In this document: piece after piece, positions 26,747-40,495 of the stretch | How positions within the stretch are numbered: the stretch's first letter is position 1 | Layout of the letters: each line of letters opens with the position of its first letter | DNA from: Octopus sinensis | Taxonomy: Eukaryota | Direction of reading: 5' to 3' | Assembly: GCF_006345805.1 (NCBI RefSeq) | Contig: NC_043014.1 | Coordinates: 23,188,001-23,252,000 of the forward strand | DNA: 64,000 bases | The notes under the pieces: model-generated | Told to the model about the DNA's origin: nothing | Databases searched by the model: none | The model's input: the letters and a program-made list of their open reading frames with translations, nothing else | Made by a program: the position numbers and the translations under genes

Positions 26747-27494
26747 ACATACAAAGTAAGATAGGGGTTATGGGTGTAACCCAGTATGGGATAGTATTTA
26801 TCCAATATACTGTTGGTAAAGTACCCAGATTCTTAATACATAAATGTTTTTAATACCAATGCAATTAACTCATTTATTGTATTAAACATGTGAAGGTAAA
26901 GAAATATTTTTACCATAAATTTATAATATAAATAAGAAAATGGAGACACAAATTTAGTTTGTTCATCAACTTTCGGATATTAGAATGTTGGATTATTTAT
27001 TCATTTAACAAAATGAAAATCTCAATAGCATACATTTATATATCTTATAATTCAATACATATAAGATAAGAATACAAATTATAAAAGACATAATATAAAT
27101 TATTGAAATCATTAAAATCATTGCTTACAGCTGTTTCAACCTATGGCTAAAAGTAGTTAATTTTATTTTATTGCCTATAGTTGTCAACATATGAGGTTGT
27201 AGGCTTTTAAAAATAGGTTTATAAGGAACTATAAAAATATTAATATTAATACATTAAACATGATGCATATATATTTAATATATAAAAAATATGAACAAAT
27301 ATCCGTATAGACTTATACATATATACACATATACATACATAAGCAAAGTGTATATATTATTACATGTGGAAAAATACATAAATAAACACAATTAACAATA
27401 GGTCCAAGTAGATATAACGTACGTCATATACATATATATATACATTGGAACATATAAACACATCTATGATTATGACCAGAAAATAATCAATTAT

Positions 27495-27527
<33 letters not shown>

Positions 27528-27764
27528 GTTTTACCAATAAAACAATATTATAACACGTCTATGCTTATGACCAGATAAATACCAATCAATTATTAATAAA
27601 AATACTGGTCTTATTATCAATATATTATTATTATTATTATTATTATATATGGTTATCAATATTATATTTATAGTAATCTTCAATAGATCATACATATTAT
27701 AATAGATTCTAACATATCAAATAATTACGATACAAAATAAACACTCAACAATCGATACAAATAA

Positions 27765-27811
<47 letters not shown>

Positions 27812-27823
<12 letters not shown>

Positions 27824-29253
27824 AAACAAGTAAAAAATAGAAAATGCTTAAATAATTTATAGTGAACATTTCAGTACCGGTTTCGGTCATTTTGAGACCT
27901 TTTCAACTGTACGATTAAATAATTAAATTTAGAAAAATTAGAAGAAAAGTTTTTTTAAAAGAATATTTCTATAGTAGTGTTCAGATTTAAGTGGCATTCT
28001 GCCTTTCTCTGACTCCCTTGTTTGCACTTGTGTGTTCGAGGTAGTTGTGAGCTCTTGGTAGGGTAGTAGAGAGAAGGCTGGTGAGGAAAGGGGGGTGGGA
28101 GAATCTGGGAGTGCCCTGATGGTCGTATTTGAATGGTCAGTGGCGGCTGGCAGTCTCAGTTCAATTCAGGAGAATATTTATGTTGACAGGCTTCTTTATA
28201 GAATTAGCGTAGGTGTTATACTAAAAAACATTAGTGACAAACTTAAGGGGTAGGGGGTGGAGAAGAAGAAGAAGAAGAAGAAGAAGAAGAAGGAGAAGGA
28301 GAAGATGACGATGATGGTGATGGTGGTGATGATTATGACGACGATGATGATGATAACGCTGATGATGAAGAAGAAGAAGAAGAAGGAGGAGGAGAAGGAG
28401 AAGATGGTGGTGATGATGGTGGCGATGATGATGATGCCGATGATGATGATAACGTTGATGATGAAGAAGAAGAGGAAGAAGAAGAAGAAGAAAAAACAGA
28501 GAGGGGAGAATATGAATGTAAATATAGCTATGAAGGGGCTGATTAGTAATGGATTCTATTGAGTGTAGTATTTGTGTGTGTATATATATTTTTTTCTTTA
28601 TTCTAAAGTTGAGGTATATTAATTGTTTGTCGTAGACCCGTTAAGAAGTGGCTTGTATTTTGTAATAAAGAGATTTTCTTTACTTATTCGTTGTCTCGAG
28701 GTTGTATCGTCCCTAAATTGGTAGAGGGGGAAATTCTGAAGTTTGGGTGTTTTTTTGTTGGCGCAAGTATCTATGTGTTGGCTAAAAGCTATTTTTCTGT
28801 TTTGGGGAATTTTTATCTGGGATCTGTGCAGGGCCATTCGTTTACGCAAACCATTTTTGTTTGGCCTATGTACTGCTCTTGACACCCGGAGCAGGTTAGT
28901 GAGTATATTAGGTTCTCCGAAGCACATGTGAAGTTGCTTTTCACTGTAAAACGTTGTCCCTGTTTGAAGGAGAACTCAGAACCCTCGATAGATAGTCGCA
29001 TATCCCGCAATTGGGTCTTCCACATTTTTTTACTGTCGGCTTCTGGTTGAAGAGTGAATTCGGGCTTGTGTAAGGAGATTTTCATGGATCTAGGCTGTCT
29101 TTGCTTTTTATGATCGTGTGGTTTGGAGGATGTGTTCATTCTGTGGTCTTTTTTAGGAGGGGTATGTTGTGGAGGATGGTGTCGAAGGCTTCGTTATTGA
29201 GAGGGTTGTGTGTGGAGATGTATGGTAGGCTTTTGGTTGTATGGTAAGGCTTT
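27812..29253 (-). mobile_element. 5'-truncated Penelope-like element (GIY-YIG plus 3' region with HHR)
   Basis: FTVKSNFTCASENLIYSLTCSGCQEQYIGQT-KNGLRKRMALHRSQI..SRQRISKENLFITKYKPLLN is a GIY-YIG domain. 3' end abuts (TA)n. Confidence 0.88.
27872..27909 (-). ncRNA. Minimal type I hammerhead ribozyme, U3:A8 core variant
   Basis: Minus strand: CAG TTGAAAA GGTC-tcaaaat-GACC GAAAC CG GTA CTG. Confidence 0.65.
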
Positions 29254-30378
29254 TGAAAAGCAACTTCACATGTGCTTCGGAGAACCTAATATACTCACTA
29301 ACCTGCCGGGTGTCAAGAGCAGTACATAGGCCAAACAAAAAATGGTTTGCGTAAACGAATGGCCCTGCACAGATCCCAGATAAAAATTCCCAAAACAGAA
29401 AAAATAGCTTTTAGCCAACACATAGATACTTGCGCCAACAAAAAAACACCAAACTTCAGAATTTTCCCCCTCTACCAATTTAGGGACGATAACCTCGAGA
29501 CAACGAATAAGTAAAGAAAATCTCTTTATTACAAAATACAAGCCACTTCTTAACGGGTCTACGACAAAACAATTAATATACCTCACTTTAGAATAAAAGA
29601 AAAAAAATATTATACACACACAAATACTACACTCAATAGAATCCATTACTAATCAGCCCCTTCATAGCTATATTTACATTCATATCCCCCTCTCTGTTTT
29701 TTCTTCTTCTTCTTCTTCCTCTTCTTCTTCATCATCAACGTTATCATCATCATCGGCATCATCATCATCGCCACCATCATCACCACCATCTTCTCCTTCT
29801 CTCCTCCTTTTCTTCTTCTTCTTCATCATCAGCGTTATCATCATCATCGTCGTCATAATCATCACCACCATCACCATCATCGTCATCTTCTCCTTCTCCT
29901 TCTTCTTCTTCTTCTTCTTCTTCTTCTTCTCCACCCCCTACCCCTTAAGTTTGTCACTAATGTTTTTAGTATAACACCTACGCTAATTCTATAAAGAAGC
30001 CTGTCAACATAAATATTCTCCTGAATTGAACTGAGACTGCAGCCGCCACTGACCATTCAAAATACGACCATCAGGGCACTCCCAGATTCTCCCACCCCCC
30101 TTTCCTCACCAGCCTTCTCTCTACTACCCTACCAAGAGCTCACAACTACCTCGAACACACAAGTGCAAACAAGGGAGTCAGAGAAGGCAGAATGCCACTT
30201 AAATCTGAACACTACTATAGAAATATTCTTTTAAAAAAAACTTTTCTTCTAATTTTTCTAAATTTAATTATTTAATCGTTACAGTTGAAAAGGTCTCAAA
30301 ATGACCGAAACCGGTACTGAAATGTTCACTATAAAATTATTTTGCATTTTCTATTTTTACTTGTTTTTTCATATATAT
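29254..30378 (+). mobile_element. Inverted duplicate of the 3' 1.13 kb of the same Penelope-like element
   Basis: Reverse complement of 27812-28943, differing mainly by 1-nt indels. Confidence 0.9.
30282..30319 (+). ncRNA. Minimal type I hammerhead ribozyme, U3:A8 core variant (second copy)
   Basis: Identical to the 27872-27909 motif. Stem I CAG/CTG, stem II GGTC/GACC, palindromic ACCGGT stem III, GUA triplet. Confidence 0.65.
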
Positions 30379-30789
30379 CAACTCGTGTGTTCCTTTTCAC
30401 CCTTATACATATTATATAATATATATACATACATACACATATATATATGTATACAAATATACATGCATTAAAACATATAAAACATACAGTTAGACTATGG
30501 TTTTCAGTATATACATCCTCTTAATACAAACAGGTTTAATTGTAATGTCCAAATGAGTATTTTTTCTTTTCGTCAAAGTTGAAGTTAATCCATCTAAATA
30601 ATATATATCGTAAAATAATTCAACAAATTTTTTTTTTTAAATAAAGCTTTTGATTATGTATGATAGATAAGCCACAATATCTATGCTTTATGTTATATTA
30701 ATATTTTAGAATTTCAAAATTATTGGGAGTTAGGGAGCGCTTGGTGGCTCTCAAGGTGCCAAGCACCCTTCCTCTCTCTATACCTAATC

Positions 30790-32545
30790 CAGGATTGCAG
30801 CTCAGTCAAAGAGACAGCTGCCAAGTATTGATTGTTGACCCTATCAAAAGCTTTAGATTGGCCTAAATTAATCAGAGCCCCACCCATGCCATTTTTGTTA
30901 CCCCCACTCTCCAAGATGTAGCACAGAAGATGGAGGTTATCGTGAATACTCCTGGTTGGGATGACGCAAGTTTGCACCATGCCAATCTCTGGGTAACACC
31001 TTGGCCAAAATCTTCAATTCTTCATTGAGCAGAGTGATGGGCCTGAAATTCTCTATAATGTCCCCCTTGTTTGGGTCCTTTCTCACCAGTGCCACTACCC
31101 CTCAACAGACAAAAGTGGGAATTCTCCCTTTGCTGCCAGTCGCAGTAGACATCTGTTAAGAGGCCCGCAAACAAGTCTGGCATTGCAGTATAAAGCTTGT
31201 AGGGCAGACCATCCAAACCCGGCAATCTACCTCTCATGCAACTCTTCATCACTTCCTGTGTTTCCGCAGCTGTTATCAGCCTTTCGCAGCAGCACTCCAC
31301 CTCCCTCCCCAAGAGTCATGGCAGGCTGTCCAGGTGGACACCAAAGTCTACCGTTATCCATCCTACCATTCATCCTGAACAGTCAAGCAAAGTGCCAATG
31401 AAAAGCAGCAAACATCTGTTTCGGCTTGAGCACCATGTATCTACTCTGGTCCACCAAAGACTGAATGGTGGCTTGATTACCACTTTTTGTCTCCGCTATG
31501 TGGGACCATCGTAATGCTTTCATTCCCTCCCCACTTTGTGAGCGTGCCTTAGTTCTGACAATACAGCCTTTGTGTTTGGCGTCGAAAAATTGGTTGAGGG
31601 CCAACCTTGGTGCCAACACATCAGTTGCAATGCCTGTCCTAAGTGCCTCATCTAACTTTCTAGCTAAATCCCCCTCTATTCTATTCTTTCTACTGCTAAT
31701 GCCTTGCTAAACCTAATCAATTCTACTCTACTTGCCCTTTTATGAGCAAACCACCAATTGTTGTTGACGATTACACCCGTCATCGCCCGCTCAACTAAAT
31801 CACTAATCTGGTCTCTGTAAGCTTGACATGCCGATAATGATGTGTTCAGCTTCCAATAACTGGGTAGAAGCCTGCCTAAGTCGACCGTACAGATCACAAA
31901 TTTGTGGTCTGTGTAGCCGACCATGTGAAATTGTGGGCACCCTATGCTATCCTTGTCCGCTGGCCTACAAAATACCTAGATACAGTCTTGATGACCCAAT
32001 GCAGTTTATCCAAGTCCACATTGGTACATTCAAGTAATCTAGTGGGTACCTATCACACAATTGAAAACCTGTGAGCAGGTTTTGGAGGCTTTTGTACCCC
32101 ACTCTCCTATCAGATACTCCCACGCAATTGAAACATCCATCTAAGACAGCGTTCCCCTACTAATACTAAGACGTTCCCAGGAAAACCTCCAGACATTTGA
32201 AGTAATCAGACCGCCCTGCCCCTGTTGGAGCATAGGTAGCCACCAGTCTGAAAGCACTGCTGTTCACATCTAGGACCACTAACTTACCTTCTGGATCCAA
32301 GAAGACTGCCTTTATTTTCAAATTTGGACTCTTCCGGAAAAACAACCACCTCTCAGCTGACACGGAGATATGTAGATCTCGTCTCCACAGAAAAAGGTGA
32401 TGAGGTCCCGTGGGCCGGATAGTCTAGATTCACTAGTGGCTGCAACATCTACACTAAGGGACATCAGGTCATTTAAAAGGTGACCTTGTTTCCAAAGCAA
32501 CCCAAGGCCCCTGACATTTACACAACCTATTCTGAGAATGACCAT
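30790..32545 (-). mobile_element. Tx1/L1-like LINE remnant (APE endonuclease plus RT N-terminus)
   Basis: LRIGCVNVRGL, FRLVATYAP, TDHKFV, YWKLNTSL, GRLPGLDGLPYKLY, RSIHDNLHLL, NLGQSKAFDRV. Heavily frameshifted. Confidence 0.85.
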
Positions 32546-33930
32546 TGTAAAATAAATTTAGAGAAGAGCTCTACTTACCATTGTTGTATGGCAGCGTTGT
32601 GCCCCTGGTCTTTGTTGTGGGCGTTTCCGTGAGGTTTTTATAGTCTGTTGGAAAGTTTATTTTCAAAGTGCTGTATCTTTCCTGTAGCATTTTAAAAATC
32701 TGTATGTGTAGTGGTGTTGTGTGTGTGTGTTGGAAAGACTTGGTCTTCCATTGTGGTGTCTGTGTGTTATTAAGGTATTTCATGAGGTCTGTGTTGTTAG
32801 TGTCGATGGCTGTGAGGTTGGTAGTGTTTGTGCAGTCTGCTTGTGTCGGTGTTTGAATTTGTCATGGCTGGAATGTTTTTCACCATAATCTACTCAGTTG
32901 GGACTGAGGATATGACAAAAAAAAAATCCATATACAAATGAGGTTTCTTTGCTCATTTTACATCTCTCTAATACCATGGTGTTTTTAATGAAAACTTCAT
33001 TATCAGCTTAATAAATCAACAGTCTCATTCTCCTTCTCTTTCACTTGCCCTTTCTTTCTCTGTAGTTTTCTCCCATTCTTCCTTTTCTGATAATTAATTA
33101 ATGAATTAATTATTCCAAAATTTATTTATATATTTATTTCACCCTAGAGATTCCTAAGATCAATTAGTTTTGACTTAACCTATTCAAAACTAGTTTTCTT
33201 TTTTTTTTTCTTTTCCTTTTAGAAGTGAGATGTGATGGAAGTGTTGGTGATGATTTAATGATGCCTTATATTAATCAAGAGCCCAATGGTTGTTTATTAA
33301 TGCAATTTACAATTCCTCTTGCTTCAGAGATAGAAAACATAAAATGTTAATCCTATTTCTTCATATACACATGCATGCACAAAAATGGATCTTTATTGGT
33401 TTTAACAATGAGTATCAATATACTGAACTACTTGCTCCTAGAATCAGTGTATGCAGTTGAGTATTTCTCAGACACATATACACTTAATATAATTTGTACA
33501 ATACAGGATAAGTCTGGCACAGTGTGCCAAGCTTGCACCTTTTAAACTACAAGTACAGTCCATTAAAACATCTTCCATACAGTTTCATCTACCCACTTTG
33601 CTTACAAGGCTTGGGTTGACCTGAAGCCATTGTAAAAGACACTTGCTCAAGATGCCATACTCTGGTAGCACATCTGAGACTTCAACTTCTTAATCTATTT
33701 AATCATGTAAAATGCAAATATGCAACTTAACTTATCAACTACAGTGCTAGCCTGATTTACGGCTGAATTAAACACCATATCTTCATACCGGCACCATATA
33801 AAGAGCACTCATACTGGTGCCATGTATTGGGTCATCCCATTAATAATGTGGTTTTTTTATATTTATTTTATTTTTCAAAATTAAGATAAAGTTCTTTTAT
33901 AATCTAAAATACACTTTCTACAATGCTTTT

Positions 33931-34880
33931 CTATCTGTCGGGTAGATTTGCAAGTTCCCTCTTCCAAAATCCACTTGTCCGTGAGGAAAAATATTCCTCC
34001 AGAACTATTCTGACCTCATCTACAGAATTCATATTTTTTCCATTCAAATGATTTTGAAGACTGCAGAATAAATGATAATCAAATGGGGCAATGTCTGATG
34101 AATATGGTGGGTGGGGCATTGTTTCCCATTCAAACTTCTCCAGCTTTTGGAATGTCATCCTTGCTGTATTTGGTCGAGCATTATCCTGATGGAAGAACAC
34201 CCTTCCGTCTTGAAACAAAAGATGGTCATAAGCCACTCAAGCTGTTTGCAGTAGGTCTCCTTTGTTATCATTTGGTTTGGATTTAAAAGTTTAAAGTGAA
34301 CTAGACCTTTCATATCCCACCAAACAGATAACAACACCTTATGTGGGTGGGGTGCTAGTGCTTCTTTTTCCCTTACCCACTGTCTTCGGTGCTTGACATT
34401 TTTATAGAGACACCATTTCTTGTCGCTAGTCACTATTCGGCCCAAAAAAGGTGCATTCGTGGGACCTGATAGCAAAGAAGAGCACACATTTACTTTCTGC
34501 ACATAATTATACTTGGAAAGTTTGTGGGAAACCCATTGACCTAATTTGTTGACTTTTCCGATGGCATGCAGGTGTTGATGATAGGTTGAATAACCAAATC
34601 CATGCTTCTCTGCTAGTTCCTCAATAGTTACGATGGGATTTTGTTCCATCAAGGTTTGCAGAACATCTTCATTGAGCTCTGCAGATCTTCCAGGACAAGG
34701 CTCATCTTCTAGGCTGTAGTTTCCGACTCGGAATTTCTGGAACCACTGTTGACACTGGCTTACGCTTATTGTCCGATGTTCCTATACTGCATTAATATTC
34801 CTCACACTTTCCGTTGCATTGTTGCCTTTATTAAACTCATAAAGCAAAATATGCCAATATGCTCCTTTGTCACTTGAAAA
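33931..34880 (-). pseudogene. Mariner (D,D34D) transposase remnant
   Basis: HILLYEFNKGNNATESVRNI, KLGQWVSHKL (WVPHEL-like), IVTSDKKW, KVLLSVWWD, FHQDNARP, HPPYSSDIAPFDYHLF. Confidence 0.93.
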
Positions 34881-35523
34881 CATAACTGTTAAAACTGCCC
34901 TCTTCAAAACTTGCACTAAGAATACAGATAAAGTAAAATTACTACCTGCTTTTATAGCAAGTTGATGCAGGTAGTTTATCCCATTCCCCTCCAACTTTTT
35001 GTTCATGCAATTGAAAACAGCGCAATAGTTATGGGATGACCCAATAAAAAGTACTTATGCTGGTGCCACATAAAAGCAGCCAACACATTCTGTAAAATGG
35101 TTGGCATTAGGAATGGTACCCAATCATTGAAACCATGCCAAAACAGATAAATAGAACCCGGACAGCTTTCCGGCTGGTCAACTATTGAACCGTCTAACCC
35201 ATGCAAGCATGGAAAACAGATATTAAATGATGATGATGATGAATATTCTGTGCTGTTACTTGGGAAGGAAACCATTTATATCTTCTAAAGAATGGTTAAC
35301 AAACTGTGAAAGTTCATCTGGATATTTCTGTCTTCTTAATTTTTCTGCTCACATCAAAAGCATGTTTATATTCTTATTTCTCTCACAGCTGGGCTTGATA
35401 ATAATCTTTTACCTTTTATCTTTTACTTGTTTCAGCCATGTACTTTTTAAGCTTATACTGAATCACTAAGTTACAGGGACATAAACACACCTACGGCGGT
35501 CGTCAAGTGGCCATGACACACAT

Positions 35524-35555
<32 letters not shown>

Positions 35556-35629
35556 GCTTTCAGTTTCCGTCTACCAATCCACTCACAAGGCTTTGGTCAG
35601 CCTGAAGCTATAGTAGAAGCGACTCATCA

Positions 35630-36520
35630 GATCTTTGTGGTTTTCATCACTGTTTACAATCTTGTTTCAATTATTTTCAAATTGGTATATGGATTAAGTT
35701 TTGTATACCAATTATGAAAATAAAATTCATTTTCCCTATAGATTCATCATTGAAAAGTTATTAGCCTTTAAAATTTGAAAAATTTGGTTATTTTAGCCAA
35801 TCAGAAGCAAGTATTTTGCACATCACCATAAAGTTCTGTTAGCATATTAAGCAAATAGGCACCACGTGTTCCATAGCTGATTGCAAAGAACTCTGTTTCC
35901 ATAGTAACCAAAGATGCTGTGCGTGCGCACAAGGAGTGTAACCACCAAATTGAGTGTAATCAACAAATTGAGAGTACTTTGGCATCTTTAAAGCATGGAA
36001 ATAAATGCAGGTGTGGGACACACTGTTTCCATGGTTGATTCTTATCTTTGGGAATTTATGTGGAGAAGGAAGTATGAGAAAGATAATTTATTTTATAAAA
36101 TCCTTGAGTGTATTGCAAACTTTCGTTCCTGAGTTTTTCAGCTAATAAATGTCTGTTTTAAGCAGTGTTTTGACTGTTATTTCTAGCAACTCCTGTTGGT
36201 TTGTAGCTTTTAAATATTTGATTTGCTCATGAATCTTTTAATGTTTTTCACTGTCTACTGTAGCTAGTTTAATGTCAGTCTCACCACCACCTTTTCTAGC
36301 TACTTTGACAACTAATGGAAAAGGCAGTGAATGCGTTGTTTTCTGATTGGCTGAAAATTCTGAAAATGATCAAACTTTGAACACCTGTAACATTTTCGCA
36401 AAATTTTTCTGCAATAAATGAATAGCAAATTTGGATTCAACATCAAAGATTACATCTATATGATACATTAAAAAATTCTTTTAATGATTTTGATATGCAG
36501 TGGCGATAACCACAAAGATC
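35630..36520. mobile_element. Non-autonomous TIR element (about 890 bp) inserted into a SINE
   Basis: TIRs GATCTTTGTGGTTTTCATCACTG (35630-35652) and CAGTGGCGATAACCACAAAGATC (36498-36520), 20 of 23 matching. Internal inverted motif AGCCAATCAGAA/TTCTGATTGGCT. A minus-strand SINE stops near 35620 and resumes near 36525. Confidence 0.7.
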
Positions 36521-38056
36521 CCACTTACCATGCAGTGGGACTGTACCCAGAACCATGTGGTTGTGAAGCAAGCTTCTTATCCAACAGCCATATGGTAGTG
36601 ATGGTGGTTATCATTGTGGCTATGGTCAGAAGCTATCCTGGATTACATTATCCAGTGTATTCTGTGATAAGGTGTGATTTGAGGGTGATTTCACCTTGTT
36701 TAAAGCAGGTCTTGTGACTGTAGAGGAATGGTTCCTCACCATTTCATGTAGACCCCTTTCTATTTTACTCCAGTTGGCCCTCATAGCCATTAGATATCTA
36801 AATAAAATCTTATATTTTTATAATCAAATATTATTAGTAATTGTAGAGGTATAACCAATATATTTCAGATAAATTTTAACAACAAAATCTTGTATGAACC
36901 CTGATTAAGAACCACTGATGTAGAGAGACTCTTGTAGCCTACTCCCCCCACCCCATGGTGTTGATGATGGTGGTGCTCCTGCTGCTGTTGCTACTGCTAA
37001 ATAACAGTGATAGCCTTATGGGTTTGCTTGGTAGTGGTAGTTATGGTAGAGAAAAGGGATCTTGTGGTATGTTAGTTGATTGGATATGGATGTGAGATGC
37101 AGTGAGTAGAGGGTGTGTAATTTAGGTCAGTTAGTTGTCATTGTAACTAGTTACAAAGGAACAGGTTGCTTGTTGCTTTGCTGCCTATTCCCCTGTCTTT
37201 GCTTTCATTGCAATCCTTCTCCCTAAACTGTTGTTGTTATTGTATGTGTGTCTTATTGAATTAATAACAGACAAAATCCATTGAAACCAGTGAGAGAGCT
37301 TCTACATAGTTGCTCAGTTTGCTAGAAACAACTCCTAAATCACACCTTACCCCCTTAAGAAAGAGCAGTTCTACACAACATACTGTATGCAAATTTCTTT
37401 TTATCCCCTCTTTACCACCCTCTCCCTCTTTGTCTATATATCTAATGTGTGTGTGTGTGTACTCACTACACACTGTAGTATAAATACATTATACAGTGTC
37501 ACATCATTATGTCTAATAAACTTATATTTTTAGCCTTGTAAATATTATGTTCTGTGGCCTTTTTGCAGTTTCAAATAGGAATTGAACTGATCACTTTCAG
37601 CTGTGTTATAAAAAAAATCATCAAAGATAATACATACTGTATATTATTAAAAACTGCATATGAAGACGTGTGCAGTCTTGCATACTAGAACAGGAAAGAC
37701 ATACACAAAGAAATTTTGTCTAAGAAAATATTTTTGTTATAAGTTTTGTGGTTAAAAACACATTGGGCCTAGCTCCATGTGAAATCAGTGAACTACCTAA
37801 ATAGAGGTTCAGGCTCAGATCCAATGACCAAGACATTATTTACTACTGAAGAGGCAAACATCATGTTGAAATACCACATCTGGGGTCTGCTGATGTCACA
37901 TGGAGCTCAGCACATGAAGTTGATAGAGAAAAATGTTATCTTAGTTCTTGTTCTGATTTGCAGGGGCATATTAAAATTATGTGTATACATTATACATCTT
38001 TGTTTCGATCTCCACTGCTTTATGTTCTTATATATATATATATATATATATATATA

Positions 38057-38500
38057 ACCCTAGGGGCAAAGAAATAAGAACCCACAGTATGGTGGAAGCC
38101 ATAGCCACTCATAATGAAAAGGAGTGCTGGTGGAATGTCCCAGTGAAAACCTCAATAAAAGGTAAACACAATAGATGTGATATAATGATTTGGGATAGAG
38201 AAGAGAAACTGTACAGTTTGCCCAGCAGATGTTAACATAAAGCTGAAGATCAGTGAAAAAGAGAATACTTACGCTAAACTATTGAAAAATCTGTAGTTAC
38301 TCTATCCAGATTACAAGTTCAGATTTATATCTGTAATTATTGGGGCCCCGGGATATGTAACACACTGCCTAAATACCAATCTTGAGAAATTAGGCTTCTC
38401 AAAACCAGGAAGAAGAAAGCTGATTCGAAGACTACAGTTCCAAGCCATCACTGGAACTGTAAAAATCTGTAAAACTTTCCATAAGTTTATCATTTAAATA
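38057..38500 (+). mobile_element. 3' fragment of an R4/Dong-like non-LTR retrotransposon (RLE domain)
   Basis: WWNVPVKTSIKGKHNRCDIMIWDREEK, PADVNIKLKISEKENTY, DYKFRFISVIIGAPGYV, LQFQAITGTVKICKTF. PD-(D/E)xK restriction-like endonuclease region. Confidence 0.75.
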
Positions 38501-39143
38501 TATATGAGCTTGTCTAGATATGCAAGTATATGCATGAAAAGACATACATAACACAAAACTTATGAATTTGCACATGTACATACAAAAATACCTTGTTGAT
38601 GTTGAAATCCCAGTGAAGGAGTCTTGTATCTAGGTTAGAAACTGGCTCTTTCTCTATTGTCAAGAAATCTTGAAATAATACTAAATAATGACATATCGTT
38701 GTTTTAAACACTCACATTTTCTATGCTGGGTTGGGTTAGATTAAGCAAGTAAGGTGTTTTTTACTCCCTGTTTTTCGCACATTAAAATTGCTGAACTACA
38801 GGACATATTGTTTATAGATTTTATCAAGCAGTGGCAATTTAAGGCTGTAGAAAAAAAGTCCTTGTCATACATATGCGTGCACACACATACACACATTCAT
38901 GCCTACTTACCTACCCACTACATACGTGTGTGTGTACTTCTCAACAACACAATCTGTGTCTGCACCTACTGCATGAACACATTCACATCCACGCTATAAA
39001 TACCAGCCAATGAATGAGGGAGACTACATGGCCATTGTCTTGCTAGAGACAGTACCCAAACCCCCACTTCAAATCATATTCTATCATCTTAAGAAAGAAG
39101 GACATATTGAATAATGTTGTACTAGATTGATAACAGAGGCTTA

Positions 39144-39174
<31 letters not shown>

Positions 39175-40001
39175 CAAGAAATGAAGCCAGTATGCTCCGA
39201 TGGATGTGTAATGTCAGTGTTCATAATCGACAGAGTGTAAGTACCTTGAGAGAAAAGTTGAACCTAAGAAGCATCAGTTGTGTTGTGCAAAAGAGACGTC
39301 TGCACTGGTATGGGCATGTGACGAGAATGGGTGAAGATAGTTGTGTGCAAAAGTTCCACACTCTAGCAGTTGAGGGAACCTGTGGAAGAGGTAGACCCAG
39401 GAAAACCTGGAACGAGGTGGTGAAGCACGACCTTCGAACTTTAGGTCTCATCAAGGAAATGACTAGAGACTGAGACCTATGGAAGTATGCTGTGCGTGAG
39501 AATACTCGGCAAGACCAGTGAGAACAGTCAAAATCAAACCAAATCAACATCAGTGGAAATTGCAGCTGTGGTTAAGCGAACCATCCGATCGTTTGTCCGT
39601 TGCCAGCCTCGCCTGGCCCCTGTGCCGTTGGCACATAAAAGCACCATCCGCTCGTGTCCGTTGCCAGCCTCGCCTGGCCCCGTGCCGGTAGCACATAAAA
39701 GCACCATCCGTTCGTCTCCGTTGCCAGCCTCGCCTGGCCCCCCGTGCCGGTGGCACGTAAAAACACCATCCGTTCGTGGCCGTTTGCCAGCTCTGTCTGG
39801 CACCTGTGCAGGTGGCACGTAAAAAGCACCCACTACACTCACGGAGTGGTTGGTGTTAGGAACTGCATCCAGCCGTAGAAACACTGCCAAATCTGACTGG
39901 GCCTGATGAAGCCTTCCGGCTTCACAGACCCCAGTTAAACCATCCAACCCATGCTAGCATGGAAAACGGACACTAAATGATGATGATGGTGATAATGATG
40001 A
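39175..40001 (+). mobile_element. 5'-truncated RTE LINE 3' end with about 59-bp tandem repeats in the UTR and a (TGA)n tail
   Basis: MLRWMCNVSV..LHWYGHVTRM..GRGRPRKTW. Near-identical to 50275-50600. Confidence 0.9.
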
Positions 40002-40199
40002 TATATATATATATATAATGGTCACCACTGCAGGTTCAGCGATCAAATGTGTGCATACATAGTCAAGGCCAACAACTTGATAGACATTAAAGTCAGTTTG
40101 ATTGACCCCAGTACTTTGTTGGTCTCTAGAAAGATGAATGGCAAATTTATTGTCAACTGGATTCCAACTAAGAATCCTAAAAAGATATAATCCAATGCC

Positions 40200-40495
40200 T
40201 TAAGATAGAATGAAGAATGTGAGTGAGCATAATGATAGAAAAGGAGGATATGAGACTGTAAAGCAAAGAAATGAAGAAATCAGATACACAATACTTCTCA
40301 GTTATGAAGAAACTGCTTGATTTCAAATTGCAGAAAAAAGACAAAGAATACTACAAAGAGAAGTCAATGTTTATTGTGAATTTGGGAGAAGTGTAGCAAA
40401 AACACAGAAGCAAGGCTTTTGAGCCAAAAACAATTAAGAAAAACTGAAAGAAGACAAAATGAAACACAAGAAGAAATTAAAGCTAGGCTTTAAGT
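40200..40495 (+). pseudogene. Possible Helitron N-terminal remnant (ETxEERxARL-type repeats)
   Basis: One frame reads EARLLSQKQLRKTERRQNETQEEIKARL*. Short and degenerate. Confidence 0.3.

Noticed and set aside
27121-27215. GAAAC-AGCT-GTA hammerhead 3' half on the minus strand
   Set aside because: No CUGANGA box or compensatory variant at the matching position, so it is too decayed to call.
28257-28562. Lys/Met-rich ORFs (also 29680-29934)
   Set aside because: (GAA)n/(GAT)n trinucleotide block inside the Penelope 3' region.
33880-35000. Terminal inverted repeats for the mariner remnant
   Set aside because: I could not find a matching pair, so only the transposase remnant is reported.
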